Positions 36,040 to 48,647 of a stretch of DNA of 64,000 nucleotides are shown piece after piece. How positions within the stretch are numbered: position 1 is the first letter of the stretch; every line of letters begins with the position of its first letter. The DNA comes from Scyliorhinus canicula (taxonomy: Eukaryota), in NCBI RefSeq assembly GCF_902713615.1, contig NC_052162.1, positions 108,217,811 through 108,281,810 on the forward strand, written 5' to 3'. The position numbers were made by a program, and so were the translations under genes. The notes below the pieces were generated by a model. That model was not told the origin of the DNA and made no database searches. It saw only the letters and a list, made by a program, of their open reading frames with translations.

Positions 36040-37575
36040 GGAGAAGAATGTTATTGTGCATGAGTTCGAGGCCCTCTCATTTATACCTGTGGGATGAAAT
36101 TAGCAATCGTAAACGCCACTGTTTAAAAAAGGAGGTAGGCAGAAAGCAGGAAATTATAGGCCAGTGAGCTTAACTTCGGTAGTAGGGAAGATGCTGGAAT
36201 CTATCATCAAGGAAGAAATTGCGAGGCATCTGGATAGAAATTGTCCCATTGGGCAGACGCAGCATGGGTTCGTAAAGGGCAGGTCATGTCTAATTAATTT
36301 AGTGGAATTTTTTGAGGACATTACCAGTGCAGTAGATAACGGGGAGCCGATGGGTGTGGTATATATGGATTTCCAGAAAGCCTTTGACAAGGTGCCACAC
36401 AAAAGGTTGCTGCATAAGGTAAAGATGCATGGCATTAAGGGTAAAGTAGTAGCATGGATAGAGGATTGGTTAATTAATAGAAAGCAAAGAGTTGGGATAA
36501 ATGGGTGTTTCTCTGGTTGGCAATCAGTAGCTAGTGGTGTCCCTCAGGGATCCGAGTTGGGCCCACAATTGTTCACAATGTACATAGATGATTTGGAGTT
36601 GGGGACCAAGGGCCATGTGTCCAAGTTTGCAGATGACACTAAGATGAGTGGTAAAGCGAAAAGTGCAGAGGATACTGGAAGTCTGCAGAGGGATTTGGAT
36701 AGGTTAAGTGAATGGACTAGGGTCTGGCAGATGGAATACAATGTTGAGAAATGTGAGGTCATCCATTTTGGTAGGAATAACAGCAAACGGGATTATTATT
36801 TAAAGGATAAAATATTAAAGCATGCCGCTGTTCGGAGAGACTTGGGTGTGCTAGTGCATGAGTCACAGAAGGTTGGTTTACAAGTGCAACAGGTGATTAA
36901 GAAGGCAAATGGAATTTTGTCCTTCATTGCTAGAGGGATGGAGTTTAAGACTAGGGAGGTTATGTTGCAATTGTATAAGGTGTTAGTGCGGCCACACCTG
37001 GTGTATTGTGTTCAGTTTTGGTCTCCTTACTTGAGAAAGGACGTACTGGCGCTGGAGGGTGTGCAGAGGAGATTCACTAGGTTAATCCCAGAGCTGAAGG
37101 GGTTAGATTATGAGGAGAGGTTGAGTAGACTGGGACTGTACTCGTTGGAATTTAGAAGGATGAGGGGGGATCTTATAGAAACATTTAAAATTATGAAGGG
37201 AATAGATAGGATAGATGCGGGCAGGTTGTTTCCACTGGCGGGTGACAGCAGAACTAGGGGACATAGCCTCAAAATAAGGGGAAGTAGATTTAGGACTGAG
37301 TTTAGGAGGAACTTCATCACCCAAAGGGTTGTGAATCTATGGAATTCCTTGCCCAGTGAAGCAGTTGAGGCTCCTTCATGACATGTTTTTAAGGTAAAGA
37401 TAGATAGTTTTTTGAAGAATAAAGGGATTAAGGGTTATGGTGTTCGGGCCGGAAAGTGGAGCTGAGTCCACAAAAGATCAGCCATGATCTAATTGAATGG
37501 CGGAGCAGGCTCGAGGGGCCAGATGGCCTACTCCTGCCCCTAGTTCTTATGTTCTTATGTTCTTATGTTCTTATG
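36040..37575 (+). mobile_element. Young CR1 LINE 3' part with 405-aa open RT frame
   Basis: ORF 36164-37381 with DFQKAFDKVPH, GVPQGS, KFADDTK; (TTCTTATG)n tail. Confidence 0.95.
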
Positions 37576-37958
37576 CAGAACATGTTTATCTTCAAATAAT
37601 TGAGCATCTATCTAAAGCAGAACAGAAGAGATGTATTGGATATGCAGGTACAAACATCAATAATACCTTCTGCACAAATGACAAGTAGAATTAGCTTGGC
37701 CGTGCGAAGTTGACATCGGCCTCAAGAGGGCATGGCATGCACATCTGGAAAAAACGTCGCTGATGCGCGGCTGTTGCTGTACAAACCTGTTGAATGTATT
37801 GAGAATGATAAACACGTTGTGGAGGTGGTTCAACAAGAATTCTGCAACATAATACCAATCTCAAAATATTGGAATTGTGGAGAGCAGTTGAGTGTTTCGG
37901 TCCGTCTTTAATTTATTGCAATCAGTTAAAGGGAAGGCTATTTAACTGTGCAGGTTCA

Positions 37959-38185
37959 CTGGGCGGCACGATAACGCAATGATTAGCATTGCTGCCGACG
38001 GCGCTGAGGACCCAAATTCGATCCAAGCCCCGAGTCACTGTCTGTGTATAGTCTCTACATTCACCCCGTATCTGCATGGCTTTTATCCCGACAATCCAAA
38101 GATGGGCAGGGTAGGTGGATTAGTCACAAATAATTGCCCCTTAATTGGAAAAAAATAATTGGGTCCCCTAAATTTCTAAAAAGAA
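37959..38185 (+). mobile_element. V-SINE, A-rich-tail variant, decayed
   Basis: Similar to 45051-45280. Confidence 0.7.
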
Positions 38186-39399
38186 AACTGAGTTTATATA
38201 TATATGATTCGGAGAGAAGCTACATCCCCTGATGATGATGCTGTTGAGGAGCTGCACAAGAAGATGGATTACATCAGGTTAGCGGAAGACAGTTCGGGGT
38301 AATGTCAGGAAACATTTATTCAACAAAGCGACATTGGAAATGTAGAACTATCCTGCTTGAAATCTATATAGTGTTGAAGCTGAAATCAATATATTTCCGG
38401 AAGTAAGATCATTAATAGGTATCTAATAAAGCTTTGCATATTTAGTTAAGATGCGGATCAGCCACTGTCTATCTGAGCTCGTGAAGTTGAAGGACCTTCC
38501 TATGTTCCCGTGTAACTACTTCACATGGAATTTTGCCATTTACCTTTTCTGACTTTACACAACTATAAAATCTCGGATGACATACACATCACTTCGCCAG
38601 GATTAGTTTTCCACTTGAAGCACAAATTTCGAAGTATGTGACATGTTTTTCCTGCATGTTTATAAATAATGCTCCCGACTGTCAAACTTTTTCTCATCTT
38701 TATCTTAGTATAACATTCAGCTTGGGACTGAAACTGGGTCTGACTGTTCTGAATCACCGTGATGGTGTCACCTCTTTCGAATTTATCTTTCTGAAATGGT
38801 GCATTTCATTTTCTCCAAGAAGTTTTACTTTTGATAGATCTATTTCCGCAAAGGACCTTCTCCCAGGGTTCTGTCATCATTGTTTTTGGTATCCCTTCAT
38901 AGCAATCTAAATCATCGTTCCGTAATCAATGATTGATCTGTCTATTCATTATCATCCCTCTCCCATATTTCTTCCATCGACGCTTCCCTTATTAGATCAC
39001 ATTCCAGAGCAAACTGCAAACCATTCATGTTTTCATACCACTTATGCTTACTACTCCCCGAATATGTGATGATTACTAATTAATTACCCATTAAGCAATG
39101 TTTCCCTCTTTCTGCGCTTCTAATTGAGACAATCTACTTTCTGTATTTGGTATTTTCTGATTGATTTGTGCAACTTTCATTTCCACCCATAGTCTTACTT
39201 CTGATAAATCATTATGTTCAAGAACTTTACTGGAAACGTCCATTAATTACTTCGGATCAACTAATGCAGTCCAATCTTGTACTGCTGATTTGGAACAATT
39301 CTTCTTCTTTTGGAATATATACTTTATTGGTGGTCCTTTATTTATACAGTTTTCTAATAGAATTGCATCATGTCACGATGCTACTCATTTCGGTATTAC

Positions 39400-39548
39400 C
39401 TTAAAGACGGTAACATATGTGCTATATGCCATACATAGCACAAATAGAGTGACGAAAGAGATCACTGTTAATGCAGTGCTGGCGTCTTCATCGAAATTTT
39501 CGAATCCATCTTCTTCTACCTGGTAGACTTCATCATTTTCTTTATTTT
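39400..39548 (-). CDS. IgNAR: IgNAR TM1 exon (acidic spacer plus transmembrane helix)
   Basis: catttattttag|AA AAT... gives (E)NKENDEVYQVEEDGFENFDEDASTALTVISFVTLFVLCMAYSTYVTVFK|GTAATA; antigen-receptor TM pattern FVTLF...YST.VT.FK; frame open. Confidence 0.9.
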
Positions 39549-41000
39549 CTAAAATAAATGGATAGATATTGTTCGAAAACATTCATTTGGAACCATAAAA
39601 GCGACAAATACGATGCAATAATAGGCAATATCGAGGATGTTGATGCATTTGCCGTTCAGCTGACCACGACGAAATGATTGAGCCGGCAATTCAGCACTTC
39701 GAGCCTCCTGCGCCAGACAATACGATCATGTTTAAGCTCCTCTCGACTTTAAATCCACTGTCATGCCTTTTGTCCATAACATTTCCACCCAATAGTGATC
39801 ACAATGTTGTCTAATTCCTCCTTAAATGTCTCGGTATCCACCGCACTCTGGGGCTATGATTTCTGCACATTCGCGACCCTTTGAAAGAACAAACTTGTTC
39901 TTCTCACTATTTTCAATCTGCTCCCCCTTCACTGAAAGATTTGATCTCTCGTTCCAGATTAACCCACAAGAGGAAGCATGCGTTCTACATCCACTTTGTC
40001 AGTGCATTTTGTCATTTTATATACCTAATTTGATCTCCTCGAGTTATTCTAAACACGAGAGAGTTTGGATCTAAATGCTCAATATCGTTTCATCAGACAG
40101 ACCCCTCACCTCTGAAATCAATTTGGTGAACCTCCTCTGAACTGCCTATAATTCAACCACATCATCTACATCCTCCTCAAATAAGGGGACCAAAACTGTA
40201 CACAGCACTCGTGGTGCGATTTCACCAATTCTTGTATAGTTGCAGCACGGCTTTTCCGACCAAATCTGCTGAAGTAATTAAGTGAAGTTTGCGCGATAAT
40301 TTTGCGACTACATTCAGATCCCTGGATTCAGTCTGTCTGTGTTAATCTAGATTGAAGTGACTGATCATATTTTCACAACGGTAGATGATTCGGGCGACCA
40401 CATCATCCCCAGCGTAAATCTTCTGCGGTGAATGTAGGAATTTCAGATGTCCTGGAATGAAGGTGTTTGGTACAGTAAGAATCAGACACCTGGGTTACTG
40501 TGTGTAACTGCTGAAATCATGTTTTAAAATAAATCCTAGTTTGAAAGGCAAGTATATTTTGGAAGTCGGGGTGCAATTAAACTATCGTAAAATGCTTGAG
40601 TACATGCAGTTTCATCTTTGTAAAAAAAAGTCGATGCTGGGTGGAGCACAGTCACCAGGATATTTGGAGAAAGCAGTTCAGCTGCGAGCTGAATGAAGCT
40701 GTAACCAGAAGTCAGGCAGATTGCTCTCACTGCAGCCCAGTTAAAATAGATTAATCATCTTTACAGCACTGCTGAGTTGTCCGAGAACAAGGAGGAGCTG
40801 AACAAAGCTGAGAAGCATCTTCTGAAGAAACACAGCTGGATGTTTTTTCTGCATGTTTCTGACAGGACACAGGTTGAGTCTTTAAAGAAGAGTCAAAAGT
40901 GAATTATTTCTCAAAGAACATCATTGTAAATCAAATATGCCTTGCTGCTAACGAATTTTATCAGTGGATTTAGAACTCATATGTTTTCTTCTTATTTGAG

Positions 41001-41170
41001 TGGCAGCACGGTAGCGCAAGTGGAAGCACTGTGGCTATACAGCGCCACGGTCCCAGGTTCGATTGCCCGCTGGGTCACTCTCTGTGCGGAGTCTGAACGT
41101 TCTCCCCGTGCCTGCGTGGATTTCCTCCGGGTGCTAATGTTTCCTCCCACAGTCCAAAGACGTGATTGGC
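41001..41170 (+). mobile_element. V-SINE, 3'-truncated
   Basis: tRNA head and V-domain; abuts an opposite-strand SINE. Confidence 0.8.
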
Positions 41171-41175
41171 CGTGA

Positions 41176-41510
41176 TCATAGAATCCATAGTGCAGAAGGA
41201 GACCATTCGGCCCAAGGAGTCTGAACCGGCTCTTGGAAGGAGCACCCTACCGAAGCCCACACCTCCACCATAACCCAGTTACCCCACCCAACACTAAGGG
41301 CAATTTTGGGCCCTAAGGGTAATTTAGCAAGTCCAATCTACCTAAACTGCACAACTTTGGACTGTGGGAGGACACCGGAGCACCCGGAGGAAACCCACCC
41401 ACACATGAGGAGAACGTGACTCCGCACAGACAGTGACCCAAGCCGGGAATCGAACCTGGGACCCTGGAGCTGTGAAGCAATTGTGCTAACCACTGTGCAA
41501 CCGTGCTGGC
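41176..41510 (-). mobile_element. HE1-like V-SINE
   Basis: Full-length minus-strand copy, tail-to-tail with the preceding SINE. Confidence 0.85.
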
Positions 41511-41989
41511 CAAATGCTGTGTCACCATTGGCAAAAACTCTCATAGCACCTGAATCATTGTAGACTTGCATCCACTGAGAATAATATTTGTCTGTGAACG
41601 TCAAGTTCCAATTGGAAGCCATCGTTTGGGCTTTCGAAATCGGTAAACAGAGGAGACCAATATTCCAGGAGCAGGGAGATTTCTGTAAAGCTGCAATATG
41701 TCAGTGTGATATGGAACGACGAGAATATAGAGCAATGTGGGTACAGGAAAAACTTTCAAACTGAAGCATTGACGAAAGTAGTTCTGTGTAATTCATCGAG
41801 CACAGGAGTGATGGAAAAATTATAACCTTGTGAGAGTCAGTATGCATCTAACAAAGTTGTGCACAATGTTAAACTTCTAGAGGACGGACAATGGTTGGTG
41901 GGTCAGGACTATGCAGGAATAATCAAGCCTACAGGAAATCGAGGAATGCATAAGCATTTGATTAGCTACTGTCTGAAAAGAGGAAGAGA

Positions 41990-42400
41990 GATGTAATATT
42001 GCAGAGCTGGAATTAGTCAGTAATGGTGACAGATTAGATATTGGATTGGGAGCCCCGCTCCGATGCTAAAATGCCGAATTAACAAACCCAGATTACTCAT
42101 CTAAAAACGTCCAGGGATAAGGATGTTGTTGGGATATGAGCCACTGGGCCTGATGCAACAAATGAAAGCAATGGCGTTGTCCATTTCCAATCTTCAATTG
42201 GTGAACATTTGTGTTCAGCCAATAGTAGATTTCAGAGACAGCTGTACGATAGGAAGAGACGATACTGAGATTCAGCTGGCGGTCTTCGGCGTATATGTAG
42301 AATTTGATTTCTGATTCTATCGTTCTGGGGCAATATATGGATAAGAAGTAGATGTGGGGCCAATGTGTTTTGGGCTTCGGAGGGAAGCTGGAGCGTAAAG
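41990..42400 (-). mobile_element. Old L2-clade LINE RT remnant
   Basis: KFYIYAEDRQLNLS resembles FHMYADDTQLYL; SEIYYWLNTNVHQLKIG resembles L2 RT. Confidence 0.55.
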
Positions 42401-42763
42401 AGACGTCATTTGAATCATTATTATTTTTTAGCCATTGGTTCAGTGACAATGATTAATGAGAGCGTTGTGCAGAATGTTTCACGCAGGATGCGATGATCTG
42501 CTGAGCTTTCGCCTTTACTTGTTCCTTTTAGCAACAGACACATTAGTCAAAGTTCAATCACAGAAACTCCAGCAACTCAGAATAATGTGACATGATTAGC
42601 AGATCCCCCAATGGATGTGAAGATGTCAGCCGCGAAACGTCTTTGACTTGTGGAATGACAGAGTGTAATTATCTTCCACCTTTAAATGTAGAATTAGCTC
42701 ACGTCGTTAAGGCAACTGAACATAAAAACACGAACAGTGAACTCAAACGATTTTCATTCTGCT

Positions 42764-42769
42764 TTTATT
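42764..42769 (-). promoter_or_regulatory. Candidate poly(A) signal for secreted IgNAR
   Basis: First AATAAA I found on the minus strand after the secretory tail, ~230 nt past the stop at 42997. Confidence 0.45.
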
Positions 42770-42996
42770 ATAATGAACGGTGCCACAAACAGAATGCAGC
42801 ACAATTTGTTTCTCGTTCCATAGAGTCACATAACTCCACAATAGTTGTCGTTGACATTTTTGGATGTCAGTTTCTCAAAATATTTACTTCACAGATGGAT
42901 GTTCGGGTAAAAATAAAAAAAACAATTGTTCGTGGACTCTGATGTATGTTATTTCGGTAATTCGCTGTGTCAGTTGTTCAAAAGGGTCTGGCCAGA

Positions 42997-43409
42997 TCAA
43001 GCTGAATAAGTCCATGGGAAATAACTTGTAAAATACTGCGTGCGAGACACAGGATTAAAACTGTCTCTTAGAACAAGTGAAACATTAACAAATGTAGGTT
43101 TACCCTGAGACTTATTTATACTTCTAATTAAACTCCTATTGAGTGACGGGTGGCCCACGAAATAGGAGTAATTGTTACCACTGTTCCATTCGGCTGCAGT
43201 CACCCTCAAGCTACTGGCAATGGGAAGGATTCCATTCCTCTTCCCGCTCTCCAGTAGGTTCGGATAATTCGCATCCAAAAGGGTGTCATTGACCATCCAA
43301 GCGACGTATATCTCAGTGGGATAAAAGCCGGTGGCTAGACACACCTTCTCAATGTTTATCTCCATTGATGGAGGAAGAACGTAGACTTTAGGGGGATGCA
43401 TTTCACCAT
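42997..43409 (-). pseudogene. IgNAR: IgNAR C5 exon plus secretory tail
   Basis: tttctttacag|AT GGT GAA MHPPKVYVLPPS...VCLATGFYP...AEWNSG..YSYFVGHPSLNRSLIRSINKSQ. The internal TM-splice donor CAG G|GTAAAC is at 43104/43103, then tail GKPTFVNVSLVLRD. Second Cys->Tyr (43162-43164), A-B strand shortened, tail frameshifted. Confidence 0.92.
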
Positions 43410-43832
43410 CTGTAAAGAAAATACAATTTGTTAAACTGCGTCTGTCTGTTGTTCGGTCTTCATATCATATGTCTCTAGGTAAATAGTAATGCGCACAAGG
43501 AGAACCAGACTTTCCTTCTATCTGCAAGATGTTATACATAACCCAGCCTCTGCATTCGTGTATTTAATGCCCTTTGTTTTGCGGATCAATTGAGTCTGAT
43601 CTCTAATTGCAAAATATTGGAGACAACCACTTATTTAAAAGGCACTGACGCTGTTGGAATGCAACTGTGTGAAAGGACATTTATATTTAACATCGGTCTT
43701 TGTCAATTCGGAAAGGGTGGAATACCACACGGTAATGGATTAATTTAATCTGTTCTCAATGTAGAAATTGTATGATTGTTGCAGGCGATCGGTCGTCGAA
43801 TCGGTGTCTGAACGAGTATCATCTGTGCTTAC

Positions 43833-44153
43833 CGTTTACTTTCCTGGTGGAGATTTTCTCTGGTGTTGGTAATTCACTGTTTCCTACGACGCAGACATAT
43901 TTCATCCCGCTGTCCCACTCCGCCGTGGTAACTTTCAGTTTGCTCACGATGTGGGACTTGCTTCCAACCCATTCCGGATTACGGGTCTCCACTCCTTCTG
44001 TTCTACTACTTCCATTCACTTTCCAGGACACGCTGAAGCTTTCTAAATCGGTGTAAAGTATTTCACAAAGAATAGTCGCTGTCTGTTGTGTCCAAATCTC
44101 TTCAAAGGAAGGATTCAGTATTTTTATGGAAATGTCTAGCTCATGACAATCAT
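43833..44153 (-). CDS. IgNAR: IgNAR C4 exon (intact)
   Basis: tttccag|AT GAT TGT... (D)DCHELDISIKILNPSFEEIWTQQTATILCEI...VSWKVNG...EWDSGMKYVCVVGNSELPTPEKISTRKVN G|GTAAGC; 321 nt, both canonical Cys plus the N-terminal Cys. Confidence 0.95.
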
Positions 44154-45050
44154 CTGGAAAGAATAAGAAATGGCTATTTCAAGCGGCCATGGTTAAGTAA
44201 TGAATAACAATAACTGCAGCAAGCTCCAAGAGATGTGAAAGAATTTTACTTACTGTAACGTGGTCTGAGTTCCCACAGTTTATTTCCGCTTAGTCAGAAA
44301 ATGCCGTGCTCTCCTGATCCACATGCTTTTGTTTATTCCATTCTTTTGCAGTTGCGCAATCATGCAACTTGACAAAATATATCTGAAGCCTCTTAACATC
44401 CCTCTTCACCACTCATACCACCACACAAGTTACGTGTTGTCAACAAACTTGAAAATATTGCATTTCGCGCCATTTCCAAATCATTGTTGTATATTATGAA
44501 TCGCTGGTGCGCAGGCACTGGTCTCTACCAGTCACTGTGTGCTACTTAGAAAAATACCTACTCTCTGTTCCTGCCTGCTAAATAATTCTCCGTACATGCG
44601 AATATATTGCTTTTCAATCCATGCACTTTACTTCTGCACACGAAACTCCTAGTTGAGAATTCACAAAACGCTTCTGGAAATCCAAATACCTCACATCCAT
44701 TCGTTCACCCTTTCGGTTCATACTTTGTATACCCTCGAAAAACACAATTTGGTTTATTAAATATAATTTTCCTTTAATAAATTGACTTCGACCTTCTCTT
44801 ATCGTTTTGATATTTTCTAATTGTACTGTTATCGCAAACCTTATGAAAGTAAAATATGTCTTCAGTATGTGAACGTAAATGTTTGCTTTGACAATAGGAG
44901 TCAAACATTCGTTATCAATGACTTAAAGTCTATTGAAATTAATGTTGCCGGTCGTTTTTCTGTATAAAGCCTCAGGTCATATACTGAAAATTAGATTAAC
45001 CACTTTTAAAATCTTCGAAAATTTCATCTATCCTTAATTCTGAGTGCTGT

Positions 45051-45280
45051 GGGCAGCATGGTGGCGCAGTGGTTAGCATTGCTGCCTCACGGCACCGAGG
45101 TCCCAGGTCCGATGACGGCTCTGGGTCACTGTCAGTGTGGAGTTTGCGCATTCTCCCCTTGTTTGCGTGGGTGTCGCCCCCACAACCCAAATGTGTGCAG
45201 GGTAGGTGGATTGACCACGCTAAATTGCCCCTTAATTGGAAAAAATGAATTGGATACTCTAAATTTATTTTAAAAATAAC
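45051..45280 (+). mobile_element. V-SINE, A-rich-tail variant
   Basis: tRNA head, V-domain, tail CCCCTTAATTGGAAAAAATGAATTGG. Confidence 0.85.
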
Positions 45281-46247
45281 AAATTCTGAGTGCTGCGACA
45301 ATGGACGTAAGATAAATGTCAATTTCGCACGTCGGTACGTTTGTGAAGTAACCATATGAGTAAATTTGTCGACTTCTCTCAAGTATTCCAATGCTACAAG
45401 GAGGAATGTTGATGAAACTGTTGCTCGTGTTGACTGAAATAAATGTCTTTCCTTCCAAACTATCTGCTGAACATTTATTTGTCGATTTACATTCCTGATT
45501 TGACGGAATGTTTTAATCTCCTTGTCCAATACTGGATGTGATGATGCTCGTGTGAACTGGCAGACCTGATTTAATGTCTTCCATTGCACCTCCTCTGACA
45601 CTAGTAGATGTAAACATGTTTCTCGCGACTGGCAGACCATTTCTATCTCTACCGTTACGTTTTATTTCAAAATGAGCCTTGTGAATATGCACCCGTGCAC
45701 TTCCAGCGCCAAATCATCGGACGAGATTACCAAAAGCGTACCATCGATCTGAATATAACACCATAAACTGAAGGTTTTTTAACAAAATTGACATATTCAT
45801 ATCGTACCTTTATCAGTAAAGTATAACATTTGGAGCTCAGCAAGCAATATGATTGTGACATGACTGATTGAACAAAAACATAGTTTCAACAATCAGACAT
45901 TTAGAAATAGCCAAAATCAGAAGGTTCCGTGTATGAATAAACAGAGTTTAAGGCTGAATGCTTCACGCCTGTATCCTTAACAACATTCATTGCATAATCA
46001 TTTCTTACAACTTTGTGAAGAGGCATGAGTCGCTTAAAGGTACAAAACAAAATGCATGTTGATATTCCTACTGCGGTGCGGTTTCGCTGCAGAAGAATAG
46101 CTTGTGTGTCCATTATAACTGTTACAACACAAAGCCAGCATCAGCACCATATACCTCAGTGAAAGCGTTATTGCCTCATCCTTCCCTGTCCACAAAGAAC
46201 AGCAAAGAGGGTTACTTCAACCTGGCCTCCTCAGAAAGGAATAGGAA

Positions 46248-46465
46248 GGGCGGCATGTGGCGCAGTTGTTAGCACTGGGACTGCGGCGCTGTCCCAACCC
46301 AGGCCCTGGGTCACTGGTGTGTGGCGCTTTCACATTCTCTCCATGTCTGCGAGGGTTTCACCCCCACAACCCAAAGATGTGCTGCTGAGGTGGATCGGCG
46401 ACGCTAAATTGCGCCTTAATTGGAAAACAAAATAATTTGGTACACTAAATTTATTTTAAAAATAA
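46248..46465 (+). mobile_element. V-SINE, A-rich-tail variant
   Basis: Homologous to 45051-45280. Confidence 0.8.
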
Positions 46466-47057
46466 AGTAATAGGAAACAAAAGGGTCTTCTGCACCATTT
46501 ACAGTCACGTGATATCCAAGAATATCCCCGTTGAGGCCAAGTCACGCTCCATTTGGGCTTCCTTACCGTTCGCAATTCCAAAGCATGAGTTCTCAGAAAT
46601 CTCAGAAACTCATGTTTTTGAGTGTCTGTAACTGTGTCAGACGCAGTACGGGTTCCAATAGGAAGTAAAAACAGAAACTGCTGTAAAACTCAACATATCT
46701 GTCAACATTTGTCGAGACAAAACGAGAGTTAGCATTTCGAGTCCAATCTCAGTTATGACTTTTGTCGTCACGGTAAAGAATCACTTTGGAGTCGAAACGT
46801 TAACTCTGTTGTATATTTCCACAGAAGCTGCCAAGGCGCCTCAATGCTCACACAATTGTGGATTTTTGCTTCAGATGTCCTGAAGCTGCATTGTTTTTGT
46901 TTATTGCAGCACTTTCTATCTTGCACATTCGCACTATCTCGCAGCTGTATGTATATTGCCGCTCTCTTCCGGCACCTCAGAATGCTTCTTTCAGCAAATT
47001 GTTGGGCTGCGCATTTCAGACAAGTTACATTTCAGCATCATCAGAATGAGTGCGTGA

Positions 47058-47260
47058 GGGGCAGCACGGTGATGCACTGCTGCCTCAAGTACCTAGGTAC
47101 GACCCCGGCCCCTGGTCACTGTCCTTGTGGAGTTCGCAGATTCTCCCATACATGGGTCCGACACCCACAACCCAAAACTTTGTGCTGGGTAGATGGATTA
47201 GCCACGTTGAATTGCCCCGTTATTGGAATAAAATAATTGGTTACTCTAAATTTCGGAAAA
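47058..47260 (+). mobile_element. V-SINE, A-rich-tail variant, decayed
   Basis: Homologous to 45051-45280. Confidence 0.7.
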
Positions 47261-48280
47261 GAAATTAGCATGTGTTCAGTAACCATTGCATTTGACGGAA
47301 CTATAAGCGTTTTATGTTTCATGTGTGGACGAATACGCAGGCCGATCATAAAGCCGTGAACGCCACCAGGTGTTATCAATTATCTTCCTGCAAACCAAAT
47401 CCAATAAAATTCCATAATAAATTGGAACATCTGTTGGCGCCCGGTACGGAGTTACTATTATAGTTTTGCGTAAATATCAAAATTTGTTTGAAACAAAGTG
47501 ATCATAAATGATGCGAATAAGCATATCAACGTATTTTTTGAACAAAAATACATTATTGGTTCAACCACACATTACGTTGTTTAACTGCGCCTATGACATA
47601 TTACAATGGCTGAAGAATAGATTTTAATTATTTAAATACACAAGTTTGCTCACATTCTGCAATTGCTTCTCTTAATAGCTGTTTGTTATTTAAAATGTTT
47701 TGTTGCTTTTTGGTTTTCGGCAAACTCACAATGTTATGAGTGATTTAAACAGCAATGTGTTGATTACTATAACCAACGCGCACTGTCTCGTGCTCATGGA
47801 TTATCGAGCCATCTGTCTACAACTACTTTGTTTTAAGTTTAAATTTTGGCTCTCAATCGCCCAGTAATCGTAATTACAAGTTAGAAAAAAATGATCATAT
47901 ATTCTGCATATCATTGGGTCCTGCCCTATTTTGTTTCAGCGTACGGATTGAATATTGACCATTTTACTGGTCTGGAATTCCCGGCTCACCAGTCGCATCT
48001 TTTTCGGCGACGCGACGTTCGCTGGGGGCAATCCACTGTCGCTTGTTGGAACAACGCCTTGCCGCCGGGAAACCCTTGGGCGTGGGTGCGCTGCCGGCGG
48101 GACAAATATATCACCGCAGCCGGAGCCATTATTGACTTTTTGCTTGTGAGTTCAGGCAGCGTTAGTAGATTTACAAATATGTTGGTGTTCCTGGAACATA
48201 AATGGAACTGTTTTATGTTGCGTGAGGATTTATGTAGCGAACGCTGATTGTAGTAATACACAATGATAAGCTGTCATTAC

Positions 48281-48598
48281 CTTACGGGTAGATGATGTTT
48301 CTCGTTTTATTGAATTGTGAGGATAGATGTGAGGCGGTACAGGTGTATTTTGCTCCACTCTTCCATTCCATTGGTGGTAAAATGAGAAGGCTCCTGGTGC
48401 TAAAGGTTTGGTCCTGTTCCAACGCGCTGTGGAAAGTGGTGCTTTTCGAGGTCAAATCAACTCCGTTCTTCTCCCAGAAAATAGTTACTCTGTCCGGGTA
48501 GGATCCTCTTCTCAAACATGTGAGAGTAGCAGAGTTTAAACTTCGAATTTCCTCTGGTGATGGAGGAAGGAGACGGTGATTGGGTGTCGCTGGCTCGG
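48281..48598 (-). pseudogene. IgNAR: IgNAR C3 exon with terminal stop
   Basis: ttatgttacag|CC GAG... EPATPNHRLLPPSPEEIRSLNSATLTC...SALEQDQTFSTRSLL...EWKSGAKYTCTASH...RNIIYP* G|GTAATG; 318 nt; TAA at 48282-48284. Confidence 0.95.
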
Positions 48599-48647
48599 CT
48601 GTAACATAAGTTGAAAATAATTAGTCTTCCGGCAATTGCCATTCGAC

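Noticed and set aside
44996-45640. 214-aa minus-strand ORF
   Set aside because: Runs antisense through a SINE and intronic sequence, with no domain motifs.
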